From positions 40,920,001 to 40,984,000 of the forward strand of contig CM060734.1 in NCBI GenBank assembly GCA_030704615.1: a stretch of 64,000 nt of DNA, in the 5' to 3' direction. The notes under the pieces were generated by a model. That model saw nothing but the letters and a program-made list of their open reading frames with translations. It did no database searches and was not told where the DNA came from. Position 1 is the first letter of the stretch; the number at the start of each line of letters is the position of its first letter. Source of the stretch: Takakia lepidozioides. Lineage: Eukaryota > Plantae > Bryophyta. This document shows, one piece after another, positions 12,154-24,630 of the stretch. A program made the position numbers and the translations under genes.

Positions 12154-14023
12154 ATGGGTAGGGTGCAAAGCCTGTTAATCATAAATGTTTTATTACTTCT
12201 TGCAAGTGTGTCAAACGCTAAGCATCATTGGGGGACAGCATCTGAGCTATCAGTGAATTTTTACACGACAACCTGTCCCAACATGGAAAGCATCATTCAG
12301 CATGTTGTAGATTCACAATTCCTGCGAGACCCGAAAAGTGCAGCTGCTGTTGTTCGTCTTTTCTTTCATGACGCCTTTGTGAATGTAAGCCCTGTATTGG
12401 TCAATCTCACCCGTTAGGAAGAGTGTAATCTTCTTCCACACGGTCGCGCCTGTATTGGAAGAACTCTCCCTTGATTTTGCTAACTTCTTCGTAGCTGTCC
12501 ACTGCACTCGATCTTTGGCCGCGCCCCCAAATAACCCCTGGGCAATCCATTATGATTGATCCATAGCTTTGGATTGTCTTCGACCCCAGCGCCATGTGCT
12601 CGATTACATTCAATCTTTGGACCCCCCCTTCCCTGTTTCAGTTTATGGTGAACATATATGTGTGTTTGCATGTTGTCATCTTTGGTTCAGATATACAGTT
12701 CATGGAGGCCCTGTGGCAGGTCGTTTTCAAACTGTATGCAGCTTGTATGTTGATATATACGCATCTGGGTTACTGCAGGGTCCTGATGGCTCCATCTTGA
12801 TTGCTTCGACGCCAGAAAACTCTGCTGAGAAGGATGCAGATCCAAATACATCTCTAGGTGGCGATGGATTTGAGACAGTTGCCAAAGCCAAAGCAGCTCT
12901 CGAGACTGAGTGCCCTGGTGTCATTTCATGTGCTGACATTTTGGCCATTGCTAACAGAGACATGCTTGTTAAGGTCAGTAGTCTAATCGGGGAAGCTGGC
13001 TAGCCCAACTAGTTTCAAGATCAATTCCAGAAGATCCTTACAGTTGATTCTGAAGCTGCTCAAGACTCTAGCTAGTGTCCGTCCAAACGAGCTCCACCTG
13101 CTCAATATAGAACCACTTGAAAGAAGGGTTAAAACTTAAGCCTGCAATTAGAATGGCAATTTGTTGACTGCACGCTTGGCGTCATCTAATCTTGAGCTAA
13201 TCTTGCCTCTGTTGATATGAAAACAGACTGGCGGCCCATTCTTCAATGTGAGCAAAGGCCGTAGAGATGGACGAGTGTCACAGAGTTCACAAACATCAGC
13301 TAATTTGCCAAATTACAAATAATGTCAATCAGCTCATCGCTGTTTTTGCTGCAAAGGGGCTGTCTCAGATAGACATGATTGCTCTCTCTGGTAATGTAAA
13401 ACCTTCTCCTGTCCCATTGGTCTCGTTTACTACAGCAGATACTGATTTTCATTTGCATGCCTCAGATTTGATCTTCTACACATTTAGAACCAGTTGTGGT
13501 TTCTACAGTCTGAAGATTCATTCTAGTATTCACAAATCCCAATTGAAAAGGGAAACACTTCAATCGACATTAAACTGACATGTACACATGAATTGTGGTG
13601 GATATATGCGTCTCGAACATTCAGGTGCACACACCATTGGCTCCTCACATTGTAGATCGTTTGAAAGTCGTCTCTATCCTGAAGTCGATGGCACTGAACG
13701 CTGATCTAGCTCAAAGGCTGAAGCGAGCATGCCCTCAAACAGGGGGGGACCCAAGCACAACGGAGCCTTTTGACTCGCAGACACCCACAAAATTCGACAA
13801 CACATACTATCGAGACCTTGTAAATGGACTGGGACTTTTGTCGTCGGATGAGATCCTCTTTTCTGACAAGCGCACGCGTGGAACGGTCAAAACTTTCGCC
13901 AAACATCAACCAGCCTTCTTCAAAGCTTTTGTCGCTGCAGTCACCAAAATGGGAAGCATCGATGCTCTTACTGGCAGTCACGGGGAGATTCGACTAGCCC
14001 TCGACTGCGCATCAATCAACTGA
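12154..14023 (+). pseudogene. Class III secretory peroxidase with two frameshifts; exons 12154-12384, 12779-12973, 13227-13390, 13625-14023
   Basis: Signal peptide, FY..TCP, RLFFHD, ECPGVISCADILA, GRRDG, ALSGAHTIG, TPTKFDN.YY, GLLSSD, GEIR. Exon 3 is 164 nt and shifts frame near 13315; exon 4 shifts frame near 13693. Confidence 0.85.
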
Positions 14024-15855
14024 AGCAGACTGTACCCAGAGTTAACCCTAAATGTCAAATTCTTGAGCGTGGAAAAGCTTGATGAAAGCCTAGATCTAGT
14101 CCCTTTTATAAAAATTTAAAAACAAATTAAGAAAATGTAAATGAAAATGAAAATTCCATATCAAACTAGGGTTTCCCAAAGAATTCTTATCATCTTCAAT
14201 TCCCACATACATTTTTTAAATTGAATGAAAATTTTCATATCAAACTGGGTTTTTCCAGATTGTCTGAAACAGCTAAGTAACGAGATTGCATAAGAGATAT
14301 CTCCAGTTTTGGACAAAATATGGGAATAGAGGAATGAATGATCTGCTAGTGACAAAACTGCTGGTTGAAATCTGCTCTTGCAGCTAAAGTTTCTAGAGCC
14401 TACATCACTAGTTTTCTTTGATTTTTGACTTAGAAGATGATGAGAAATGAAATGGTGCTTTATAACGTCCGCGGAAAGCTCGTAGAGCTTATGGGACAAA
14501 ATGGAAGAAAACATGAGAGAGGAACAAATCCAGAAACCACAATTAATGTTCTAGCGATTGTCTAAGGGTGAAGGCCTCGTGTAGGTAGGCTGCCAAGCAT
14601 TTTTGATCCTCATAGTGAAAGACATCAGTGAGAGTTTGGGTTCCACTGAATAAACAGTGAAATCTCCCACGGATCTCGTAGTATAGAGGGCAGTAGAAGA
14701 AGAAGTGTTCTTCAATTTCAATTTCCTTGCTGCGCCATATGCAAGCTGGACATAGGCGATCCTCCCGTTGCAGGTTTTCCCATCTGCCAGTCTCTATCCG
14801 TAGGTTGTGGGAACCCACCCTGAACCGCCCCAATGCCCTCAAGAGGGAAGGAGATAAGGGTGCTGAAAGGTAATTTGGTCTCAAGATTCTATCATCGCGG
14901 AGCACCAAGAATGTCTCTCGATAGAAGTGGAGCTTTGTCGTGAGATTGGGTAGCATCCAAGTTCTCTTGACATGTAATTCCATAAGCTCTCTCCGAATGA
15001 GTCTGTTGCGGTCATGTCTGGATGTGATGTCCACCTCATCTGGGTTCATTGGTAATAGGAAAGCAGTAGAAAGTCCGTTACGTTGAAATAAACTGTCCAC
15101 TCGAGCATACCAGGAGTTCCTGAAACCTGCAGCTTTGAGCCTCATAGATGTTGTGAGGGCCCTAGCCACTAGCCCTTTGGGTGGAAGGGCCTGCAATCTG
15201 TGGAGAAAGATTGTAAGCCTGAAGAGGGCCTCGGATTGCAATGGTACACATGCGAACTCTGCACCTAGGATCTGAGATGGAGTTGTGCTCCTGGCGCCAA
15301 GCATTGCTTGGAGAAAAGATGACTGTAATGGTTCCAAATTCTTTTCCCACCAGGAGACAGGGACACCAGGTGCCCAGAACTCACAACCATAGATGGTAGC
15401 AGGGCTGACGACGGTGTCAAACAGCCACTTTTTGGTCGGGGGATGCCGCAAATGTATTTGCTTGCATTTGGCCTGAAGGCGGACGGAGGCCGCCTTACCT
15501 TTAGTCAACCTGTCCAAGGCAGTGGCTGCAAAGTGAAACTTGGGGGAGTGGATAACCAGACCTAGGTACCGGTATGATTTCACAATCTCAATTTCCTGCT
15601 GGTTGAAGATGAATCTACGATCAGCCTGGCCATTGAAGACCATGATCTTGGTCTTGCTAAGATTGATCTGCATCCCATAGTCTTTGCAGAACTGTTCCAA
15701 AATTTTGAGATGGCGTTGCAGAAAGACCGGGGATTGTGCCAAAAGGGCAACATCATCAGCATAGAGGAGATCTGATTGGGTTGGTCCCCCATCCAATGGG
15801 ACCCCAACCCCATGGTTTTTTGATATGTAATTCTCCAAGGCGTCAATGTAGATCC

Positions 15856-16628
15856 TGTTAGGTGCCTTGAACAAAGATCGAGACCTATCAACCAGTTTGG
15901 CGAAGCAAATGACTGCTAGAATATCGCCGAACTGACAATTGCAGGTAAAATGGAGCAGGCTCGCGTGCATGAAGAGATCCACGATTAGGGATTTTGAAGA
16001 AGGCTTGGAGATGGCAAGTGTGGAGAAGATGAGGATGATGGTGTACTGGCGGCTAGAGCAGATCTGCTCTCGACAGGAAATCAGATTTAGCATGGCATGG
16101 TGGTTGGGTGGACCGGATGCTGTAACCGGTGCTGTGCTTACAGAGTTGTAAGTCGATGTTAGAATAGACGTCACAGGCCTTTGTTGGTCTGCAACAGCAG
16201 CAGGGGCTATGATCTCTCTTTTGTACAGAGCGATGGTGTAAATACTATGACTAAAGTCTTATAAGTGCTGATTTGAAAAGGGGCAGTTTAGAGTTGATTC
16301 TAGTCACTGTTTGTGAATACACTTCCGTGAAGAACAGGGCTGAACTATCTTTGGACTGGAGTGATCTCTGTTACGATCTGAACCAAAGAATTGTGACTGG
16401 AATAAGAGAGGCTGGTTACCAGGGATCCATACTGGTTTTGGATTGAATTGAGGCCCTATGATTATGAAGAGAGAAGTGCCTTGGAAATGTTGTTGATTTT
16501 CCTGTTGGATGTAATCAAGCAAGCAGTTTTCTTTGGAGTTTTGGTAAATACCCTGTGAACAGCAAAACAAGCAGAGCGCCTGAAATTGGTCATAGTTGGA
16601 CAGAGGAAAAAGTGTCAGACCCCTTTCA
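15856..16628 (+). repeat. 5' LTR of gypsy element 1
   Basis: TGTTAG...TTTCA followed by the tRNA-iMet PBS. Confidence 0.93.
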
Positions 16629-19600
16629 AGTGGTATCAGAGCCAGGTTTGCGATCGGGGAGAACAGATCGTGAGTTTTGGAATTTCTAGAAATTGGCTAA
16701 TTGTGTGAATGAGCCAGATCTCGTTCGGCTCTGTGAGCACACACCCTGGTGACGACGATCAGGATAGTGAAATGGCTGGAGACCGTGAGTGCTCAGATGC
16801 GGCCAGTCTGCACCGAGCTTCAGATCGCGAACATGGGAGTCAGTTGTTTTCCCAGCAGCAGATGGAGGCCTTAGGTACTTTGATTCGATCTGAGATACAG
16901 AAATTGGCCCCTGCACAAGCTCAAACTAAAAAGCGATCTAGGGATCTGCCTATGAGTGAGCCACTGAATGAGGACGAATCTGAGGCCGATTCCCATGAGG
17001 CCAAGATGAAAAGAAGCAAGGATGTCACTAGGGAGATCAGAATATTGGTGAAGTTGCCAGAATTCTATGGTAAGCCATCTGTCAAGCCCGAGGAAATATT
17101 GTCTTTCCTGGATACATTAGAAGAGTTCTTTGAGGACGATTATTCAGAGGAAGCCAAGATACAGACAGCTGCTCTACAGCTCCGTGATGCCGCCAAGCTG
17201 TGGTGGTCGCGCCAGAAGCAGGAACGTCGTGAACACAAGAAACCACATGTGGATAGTTGGGCTATGTTTAAGACACTGTTCTTAGCCCACTACCTACCTG
17301 GCGACTATGCACACAAGATGAAAGTTGAATTGTTCAGGCTGAAACAGGAGACTATGAGCGTGGGAGAGTTTAAGACGAGATTTGAAACCCATGCCAGTTA
17401 TTTCCCCTCGTTGAGTGAAGAGGACATAGTTGATTTTTTTGTTGATGGCCTCAGTGATTCTCTCAAATTTAAGGTCAAAGCCCACAACCCTCGTACCGAG
17501 GCAGAAGCATATCGTTTGGCTTGTAATTTTGAGAACAAATTGAGGGCACAACGTTCTTCGAATTTTGCTCGTGGCACGGCAGAGTTCAAGCCTAGATCAT
17601 CTGGTCCTTGGCAGTCACCAGCGAAGAGAGGGAATTGGAAGAGGTTTAAACCATTTAAGAAGGTGGGGGATCAAACTATACGGAGACCGCCAATGAGGGC
17701 TTCTCCAAGGCTCAGTTTCAAAGAGCATGAAGAACACAGGCGTAAGGGTTTGTGTTTCTTGTGCCATGAACCCTGACACAGAGCTGCTGAGTGTATGAAG
17801 TACCCGAATAATCGTCAGGCTCGACAAACAGCCGCCTTGACAGTTGAAAGACCTACAGAACCTTGTGCGGTTGTTGAAATTGGGGAGAAGTTAGGACAAG
17901 AAAGAAGGAAAGGTCTTAACGTGCGGATTTCTGCAGCTATCATTGGAGACCAAATAGAGCATGACCCCAGTGTGATACGGGTTCAGGGGAGAGTGGCTGG
18001 AATTCCCACTCAAGTGCTGATTGATACAGGCAGCACTCATAACTTGTTGTCAAAGGATTTTGCTGACAAGTTGGGACTAGTTCAAGAAGACATGCAACCC
18101 TGTCAAATCTTGTTACCAGATGGTGGCGTGGATTCTACGCACAAACACATCCCAAGGGTACCGATGGTCATGCAAGGAGTACAAACTATGGCTGACTTTG
18201 AGGTCTGGGAGGGAGCTCGGTACGACTGCATCCTTGGCATGCGGTGGCTGGATCCGGTTGATGCTGTGGTGGCTTGCAAATCCGGACTGGTTAGTGGTAC
18301 CTTGCCCAACGGGAAGGGATTCAATATCAAAGGTACTAGAGCTCTTCCCAATGTACCTGTCTTGTCAGCTATTCAGATGAAGAGATGTATGCGGAAGGGA
18401 AATGCTCAGCTTTTTACTGTTAGCTTGCATCAGATCTTGGAAACAAATCAGGGAGAAGGGAAGTCACATCCTAGATTTAGCCTGATCCTGAATGAATATA
18501 AAGATATGTTTCCTGATGAGCTCCCTGGGATGCCCCCTGAACGGGAGGTTGATCATGCTATTGAGTTGATGTCAAATGCTGTACCGGTTGCAAGGGCACC
18601 GTACAGGCATTCAATTGCAGAAAGCGAAGAGTTAGAAAAGCAGTTGAATGACCTGTTGGAAAAGGGGTATATACGTCCAAGTAAATTCCCTTGGGGTGCC
18701 CCTGTAATGTTTAAGAAGAAGAAAGATGGGACTTTGAGACTGTGTGTGGACTATAGATGGTTGAATAAGGTCACCATCAAGAATAAGTTTCATTTGCCTC
18801 GTGTGGACGATTTGTTTGACTATCTATATGGGAGTCAGGTTTTTTCAAAACTTGATCTTCGGTCTGGATATCATCAGATACGGATCAAGAATTCTGATAT
18901 ACCAAAGACAGGATTTCGATCTCGTTTTGGTCATTACGAATTCTTGGTGATGTCATTTGGGCTCACGAATGCTCCAGCAACATTTATTCATCTGATGAAC
19001 TCTCTGTTCCAGAAATATTTGGGGAAGATGGTCCTAGTCTACATGGATGATATACTAATATACTCGAAGTCTGAAGAAGAACATGAACTGCATTTACACT
19101 TGGTTTTAGACATACTGAGAGAGAACCATCTGTTTGCTAAGAGGAGCAAGTGTGAATTCTTTGTAGACCACATGGATTACTTGGGATTTTACATTTCCAA
19201 AGATGGAATCTCAATTGATCCTAAGAAAGTCCAGACAGTGGTTGATTGGCCTAAACCAAGTGATAAGACTGAGATCAGAAGCTTTATTGGGTTTGCTAGC
19301 TTCCTACGGAAGTTTGTTAAATCTTTTTCACAGATTGCAACCCCATTAACTGACCTGCTTAAGGACTCGAGTCCTGTAAGCTTGAAGGATGTCTGGACAA
19401 GAGAATGTGACAACAGTTTCGAGAAATTGAAGTTTGCCTTAACACATGCTCCTGTACTAAAATTGCTCGACCCTACGAAGGGAGCAATAGTGTTGTGTAC
19501 TGATGCAAGTGATCTTGCTATTGGAGCTGTGCTGATGCAAGATGGGCAAGTGATTGCCTACGAATCTCGAAAGATCAGTCCAGCAGAGAAGAATTACCCA

Positions 19601-20739
19601 ACTCATGAAAAAGAACTGTTGGCAATAGTTCATGCTCTGAAGATATGGAGACATTACCTACTTCCAGTTGATTTTGTGATAGAAACTGACCATCAAAGTT
19701 TGAAATACTTGACCACACAACCTCATTTGAGTCAGACGCAGATTAGGTGGTCAGAACTGCTTCAGCAGTTCCATTATGACCTAAAGTATGTCAAGGGGAA
19801 AGAGAATGTAGAAAGAGATATTCAGAATCCATGGTCTGCCTCGGGAGATTATTTGTGACAGGGACTCAAAGTTCACAAGTCATTTTTGGATTGACTTGTT
19901 TAAGAAATTGGGAACCAAGGTGAAACTGAGTACGGCCTTTCACCCAGAAACAGATGCCCAAACAGAAAGGACCAACCGTACAATTGAAGATATGTTGAGG
20001 ATGTACGTTGGTGAAAGACAGTCATCTTGGGAACAATATATGTATATGGTGGAATTTGCTTATAACAAGCATTTCCACAGTGCCATTGGCATGAGCCCAT
20101 TTGAAGCTTTATATGGACGAGATTGCTTGGCTCCTGCTTCGCTTATTACACCACCATCAAATGTGCAGAGTGTAAATGACAGAATCAAAGAGATCCACTC
20201 TGTCCTAGATCTGGTGAAGCGTAGTATACAGGCTGCACAAGAAAGGGCAAAGTTCTTTGCTGATAAGCACAGGACTTTTCGTGAATTTGCCATTGGTGAT
20301 ATGGTGTTTTTGAAAGTTACACCTAAAAGAAGCAATCTAACACTTGGCAAGTGTTATAAGTTATCACCAAGATTTTGTGGCCCGTTTAAAATCCTGGAAC
20401 GCCATGGCACAGTGGCCTATGAGTTGGATTTGCCTCCAACATGGAAGATCCATAAAACTTTCCATGTCAGCCTCCTCCAGAGGTATATGTCAGACCCATC
20501 ACACATCTTGCCGATGTTGCCTCAAGCCATGAATGATGGTCAGCTGATGGCTGAACCCGAAAAGATTCTAGAAACGCGAGTGAAGCACCTGTGCAACCGT
20601 TCTTGGAAAGAACATTTGATTAAGTGGTTGCATTACCCAGAGACAGAAGCTACTTGGGAGAAAGAAAATGAATTGACATTGAGTTACCCCTCATTTTTCT
20701 GTCATTGAGGACAATGACCTATCTTTGGGAGGAGGAGTT

Positions 20740-21505
20740 TGTTAGGTGCCTTGAACAAAGATCGAGACCTGTCAACCAGTTTGGCGAAGCAAATGACTGC
20801 TAGAATATCGCCGAACTGACAGTTGCAGGTAAAATGGAGCAGGCTCGCGTGCATGAAGAGATCCACGATTAGGGATTTTGAAGAAGGCTTGGAGATGGCA
20901 AGTGTGGAGAAGATGAGGATGATGGTGTACTGGCGGCTAGAGCAGATCTGCTCTCGACAGGAAATCAGATTTAGCATGGCGTGGTGGTTGGGTGGACCGG
21001 ATGCTGTAACCGGTGCTGTGCTTACAGAGTTGTAAGTCGATGTTAGAATAGACGTCCCAGGCCTTTGTTGGTCTGCAGCAGCAGCAGGGGCTATGATCTC
21101 TCTTTTGTACAGAGCGATGGTGTAAATACTATGACTAAGGTCTTATAAGTGCTGATTTGAAAAGGGGCAGTTTAGAGTTGATTCTAGTCACTGTTTGTGA
21201 ATACACTTCCGTGAAGAACAGGGCTGAACTATCTTTGGACTGGAGTGAACTCTGTTACGATCTGAACCAAAGAATTGTGACTAGAATAAGAGAGGCTGGT
21301 TACCAGGGATCCATACTGGTTTTGGATTGAATTGAGGCCCTATGATTATGAAGAGAGAAGTGCCTTGGAAATGTTGTTGATTTTCCTATTGGATGTAATC
21401 AAGCAAACAATTTTCTTTGGAGTTTTGGTAAATACCATGTGAACAGCAAAACAAGCAGAGCGCCTGAAATTGGTCATAGTTGGACAGAGGAAAGAGTGTC
21501 AGACC
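20740..21505 (+). repeat. 3' LTR of gypsy element 1 (last 7 nt missing)
   Basis: Direct repeat of the 5' LTR after the PPT; ends GTGTCAGACC instead of GTGTCAGACCCCTTTCA. Confidence 0.9.
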
Positions 21506-22042
21506 ATCCCGAACAGGGTAGGTGAAAGGGGATGTGGATCTCGGCTGAGAATTCACCAGCGACGTTGACCATGCCAGTGACAATCTCATACATAGAAGAG
21601 ATGGCACAAAGGATGTCTGGAGGGTGAGCACCACCACTCCAAATCAAGTAAAGGCAACCTCAGCCTCAGATCTGATCCATGAGCAAATCACCAACTCAAC
21701 TTGTTGAAGAATATGGCATATCAATTTCCTAGATGCTGAACGTTAACTTTGAGGGGGATATCACATATCACTGTGTCTGTCTTTGCGAGTGAAAGAGCTA
21801 TTAAAAAGTTCAGGGCAAATCTACACAGTGCAGACTATCCGGCTCTTCGTCTTTCTTCGTTCTTTTTAAAATAGAAAGGGGGGAAAGGCCCTGTAAATCA
21901 TATATTAGGGAAAAACAACCAGGCATACATGGTAAACGATCGGGTAACATCCAGACAAGTTAGGAGCCTCCAAGGGCAAGCTAGTCTATCCTCAGACCAC
22001 GGCTCGCTGTGGGGCAGCAAGCTACTAGCCGTGGCTGTTCTG

Positions 22043-22828
22043 AACAAATACACTACAAGCACTTATCCAGCAGATACCACCTTCATCTGGAGCAAGCCAG
22101 AAGACTGAAGGATGTACCAGAGATGAAGTCATGTCTTAATTAAGCAGCCAGCTATAAGATCGCCTGAGAACAGGCCTGAGTCCAACTAGCTAATCAACAA
22201 ATACACTGCGAGCACTTATCTAGCAGAGACCACCTTCATCTCGAGCAAGCGAGAAAACTGAAGGATGTACCAGAGATGAGGTCACATGTGTCTTAATTAA
22301 GGCAACCAGCTATAAGACCTGAGAACAGGCCTGAGTCCAACTAGCTAATCATCAGTCAGAATGGAACTAATCTAAGCTTGCGGCCTGATCCCAGTACACA
22401 GCCAGAATTGAAACCATCGTGACTGATCCATCGTGAAGGCAGGGGCAGAGATCGCGAAGTCTTCAGCGCTTCTCCCTGAGTGCCTCAAAATTCAGATAGT
22501 GCAAAATTCTGCGAGCACTTATCTAGCAGCGACCGTGCCTTCATCTCGAGCGAGCGAGAAAACTGAAGGATGTACCAGAGATGAAGTCATGTCTTAAGTA
22601 ATATATTAAGCGGCCAGCTATAAGACCTGAGAACAGGGCCTGAGTCCAACTAGCTAATCATCAGTCGGAATGGAAAACAACTAATCTAAGCTTTGCAGCC
22701 TGATCCCAGTACACAGCCAGAATTGAAACCATCGATCGTGACTGATCCATCGTCAAGGCAGGGGCAGAGATCACGAAGTCTTCAGCGCTTCTTCCTGAGT
22801 GCCTCGAAATTCAGAGGTGAAAAATTCA
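22043..22828. repeat. Compound tandem array A-A-B-A-B (~150-165-bp units)
   Basis: A units at ~22043-22195, 22196-22350 and 22509-22659; B units at ~22351-22508 and 22660-22828. Confidence 0.9.
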
Positions 22829-22920
22829 GATGCAGCATGTCAAGCTAAGTGGTGAGGCTGCAGAAAGGGACGTTGATCCAGAATATGAGGTAGCATCTGG
22901 TAGAATGACAATGGTCTGGA

Positions 22921-23351
22921 TTATTGAGCGTTCCACCTTGCGTCCTTAGCCTGCAAGTAGTTGATAGCATTGAAGAAATCGTCTGTGAAGGCGGGCACAT
23001 GCTCAGCGGGCACACGATCGAGTTCGTCTCTTCCGCAATTTTCCTCCCAGTGTGAATTTGAACTTGGTTTTACCATCAGGGCTGTCGCAGAGCCCACTTC
23101 TACATTCATAACGCGGCTGGCCTTTGGTGATGGACCCGTTGTTCCAGCAGAGGAACTTAATCTTGTTAGACAGACAGCGAGGCCGTGTCTTCTGCCTCTC
23201 TTTTCTTGGTTGTTGCTTGCTCAGAACCGGCCGCCATTCGTTCAACTTCCTGCAGAGCAGGGTCTTGCGTTGCCTGAATGTCTCCACTGATTATATCCTC
23301 GAGTAACTGAAACCAATCCGGCTCATTGTGACTTTCTGCAAATTCCGGCAT
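22921..23351 (-). pseudogene. Possible frameshifted ~140-aa ORF of unknown function
   Basis: ORF MPEFAESHNEPDWFQLLEDII... can be joined by one frameshift near 23170 to an open frame LTRLSS...FTDDFFNAINYLQAKDARWNAQ*. No domain recognised. Confidence 0.25.
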
Positions 23352-23638
23352 GAAGCGCACCTCTCACAAACAAACTTGACCTCAAGATACCAGTTAACTG
23401 GGTGCGGATGATACCAGTTAACCCTTAATTGCCCAAGCGACCTGAATCGGGTCACTCTGAATTTTCAGTTCTACCTAATTTTGCAGATGTAATCTGGTGG
23501 GGCCCACTCCTGAAGCTTTAATGACAAGGGATTTGTCTTGAGTGTCATGCAAAAATAAAAAATCAGTACTCCTTTCGGCTCCTCAGTGAGAACAAAGAGT
23601 CACCACGTGGGCCCTCCTGTGCCTCGGCACGGGCAAAC

Positions 23639-23836
23639 TCAGGGCTTTTGACTTAAATAGTGCCAACGTTTGGAGACAGCTCGGAGTAACCCATGGTAGC
23701 TGTGTGAAATTTTGGCTAAGCATTGCAGTGCTAGATCATCAGGAAGCCCAGGGATGAGAGCTTGGACCTCCCTCTCTTTCGTCACTGTCAGGCAACCATA
23801 CTTCCATGTACTTATGAGAGCCTTAGAACCATGCAT
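23639..23836 (-). pseudogene. F-box/kelch protein N-terminal fragment (F-box only)
   Basis: LIPGLPDDLALQCLAKISHSYHGLLRAVSKRW is a typical plant F-box/kelch F-box. A stop follows 7 codons later and no kelch repeats are seen. Confidence 0.75.
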
Positions 23837-24630
23837 GATAGCGATATAAACGCAGCTAAGGCACCAATAGCTAAATCTGCAACATTGCAAGCAGCCACAT
23901 CTAAAGACTATATGTAATCAACCTCATCTTGTGGCACCTGTTCACAAACTGGGAGATCAAACGAGAAGGTAGACCACATTCTGCAAATAGATTTTTCAAC
24001 TTATGTATGCTGTTGCAGGCTTGATGCAGCATTTGTCAGAAAGGTGAAGTATCTGGGGACCTGTGGCGGTCCTAAAGGTAGGTAGGTAGGTAGATAGATA
24101 GGTCCTATTGTATATGGTTTTCTTACTTAATTGACCTACCTGCCTCCTAGATACATATGAAGCTATACAAGTGTGTACAGCTCATCCGCACCGTCTTCCT
24201 AGATACATTTCAAGCTACAACCTGGACTTACTCGTGCATTATAATAATAAGGACCCACTTATTCCATTGCTACCCATCAAGAAGCAATAAGTTACACGTG
24301 TTCCATAAATCTATGTAATTGCATCAAGCACAACATTCAGGTTGTTGAGAGATAGAAGTGTGCGTCAATTAGTGTAAGCCTATTCAGAGGCTTGCTCAGA
24401 ATCTTCACTCCATTTGGACCAAGAATGCCCTTCTGATGACATAGATTTCCTGCCTAATGTTGATTTCATTAAGTACATAGACTATTAGTCAAGTGTACAT
24501 GACGGACAAATGAACCCAATTGAGAGAGAGAGACAAAGAGACATTTGGCTTGGGAGACTTGCACCTAGTAGGATGAATGGATGGTAGCTTGCAGAGTATC
24601 CACTAGCTGCCCTTGGACAAGAGACCAAAT

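Larger units (their letters stand above)
15856..21505 (+). mobile_element. Ty3/gypsy chromovirus LTR retrotransposon, defective
   Basis: LTRs 15856-16628 (TG..CA) and 20740-21505, about 13-14 differences by eye. PBS TGGTATCAGAGCC at 16631, PPT 20727-20737. Gag 16709-17776 has a TGA inside the CCHC knuckle. PR (LIDTGS)-RT (YMDD)-RH at 17795-19810, a deletion removes the integrase N-terminus, and IN core/GPF plus chromodomain run to 20708. Confidence 0.95.
14444..21624 (-). mobile_element. LINE family A (RTEX-like), 5'-truncated, interrupted by Ty3/gypsy; LINE segments 14444-15855 and 21506-21624
   Basis: YADD RT core, C-terminal LRIETGRW...CPAC...EEHFFFYCP, (CATTT) tail. Nearly identical to the + strand copy at 28-30.4 kb, and the sequence resumes after the gypsy with a ~26-bp deletion removing GVKQGC. 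Confidence 0.92.

Noticed and set aside
14543-16174. 543-aa ORF as a novel LINE protein
   Set aside because: Its N-terminal ~107 aa is antisense read-through from the gypsy LTR fused by the insertion.
17774-17776. Programmed gag-pol stop read-through
   Set aside because: The TGA lies inside the CCHC knuckle at the conserved Gly, and the element is otherwise decayed; a nonsense mutation is the simpler reading.
22043-22828. CRISPR array or C/D snoRNA cluster
   Set aside because: Units are ~150 bp and repeated whole, with no unique spacers and no cas genes. No canonical RTGATGA C box.
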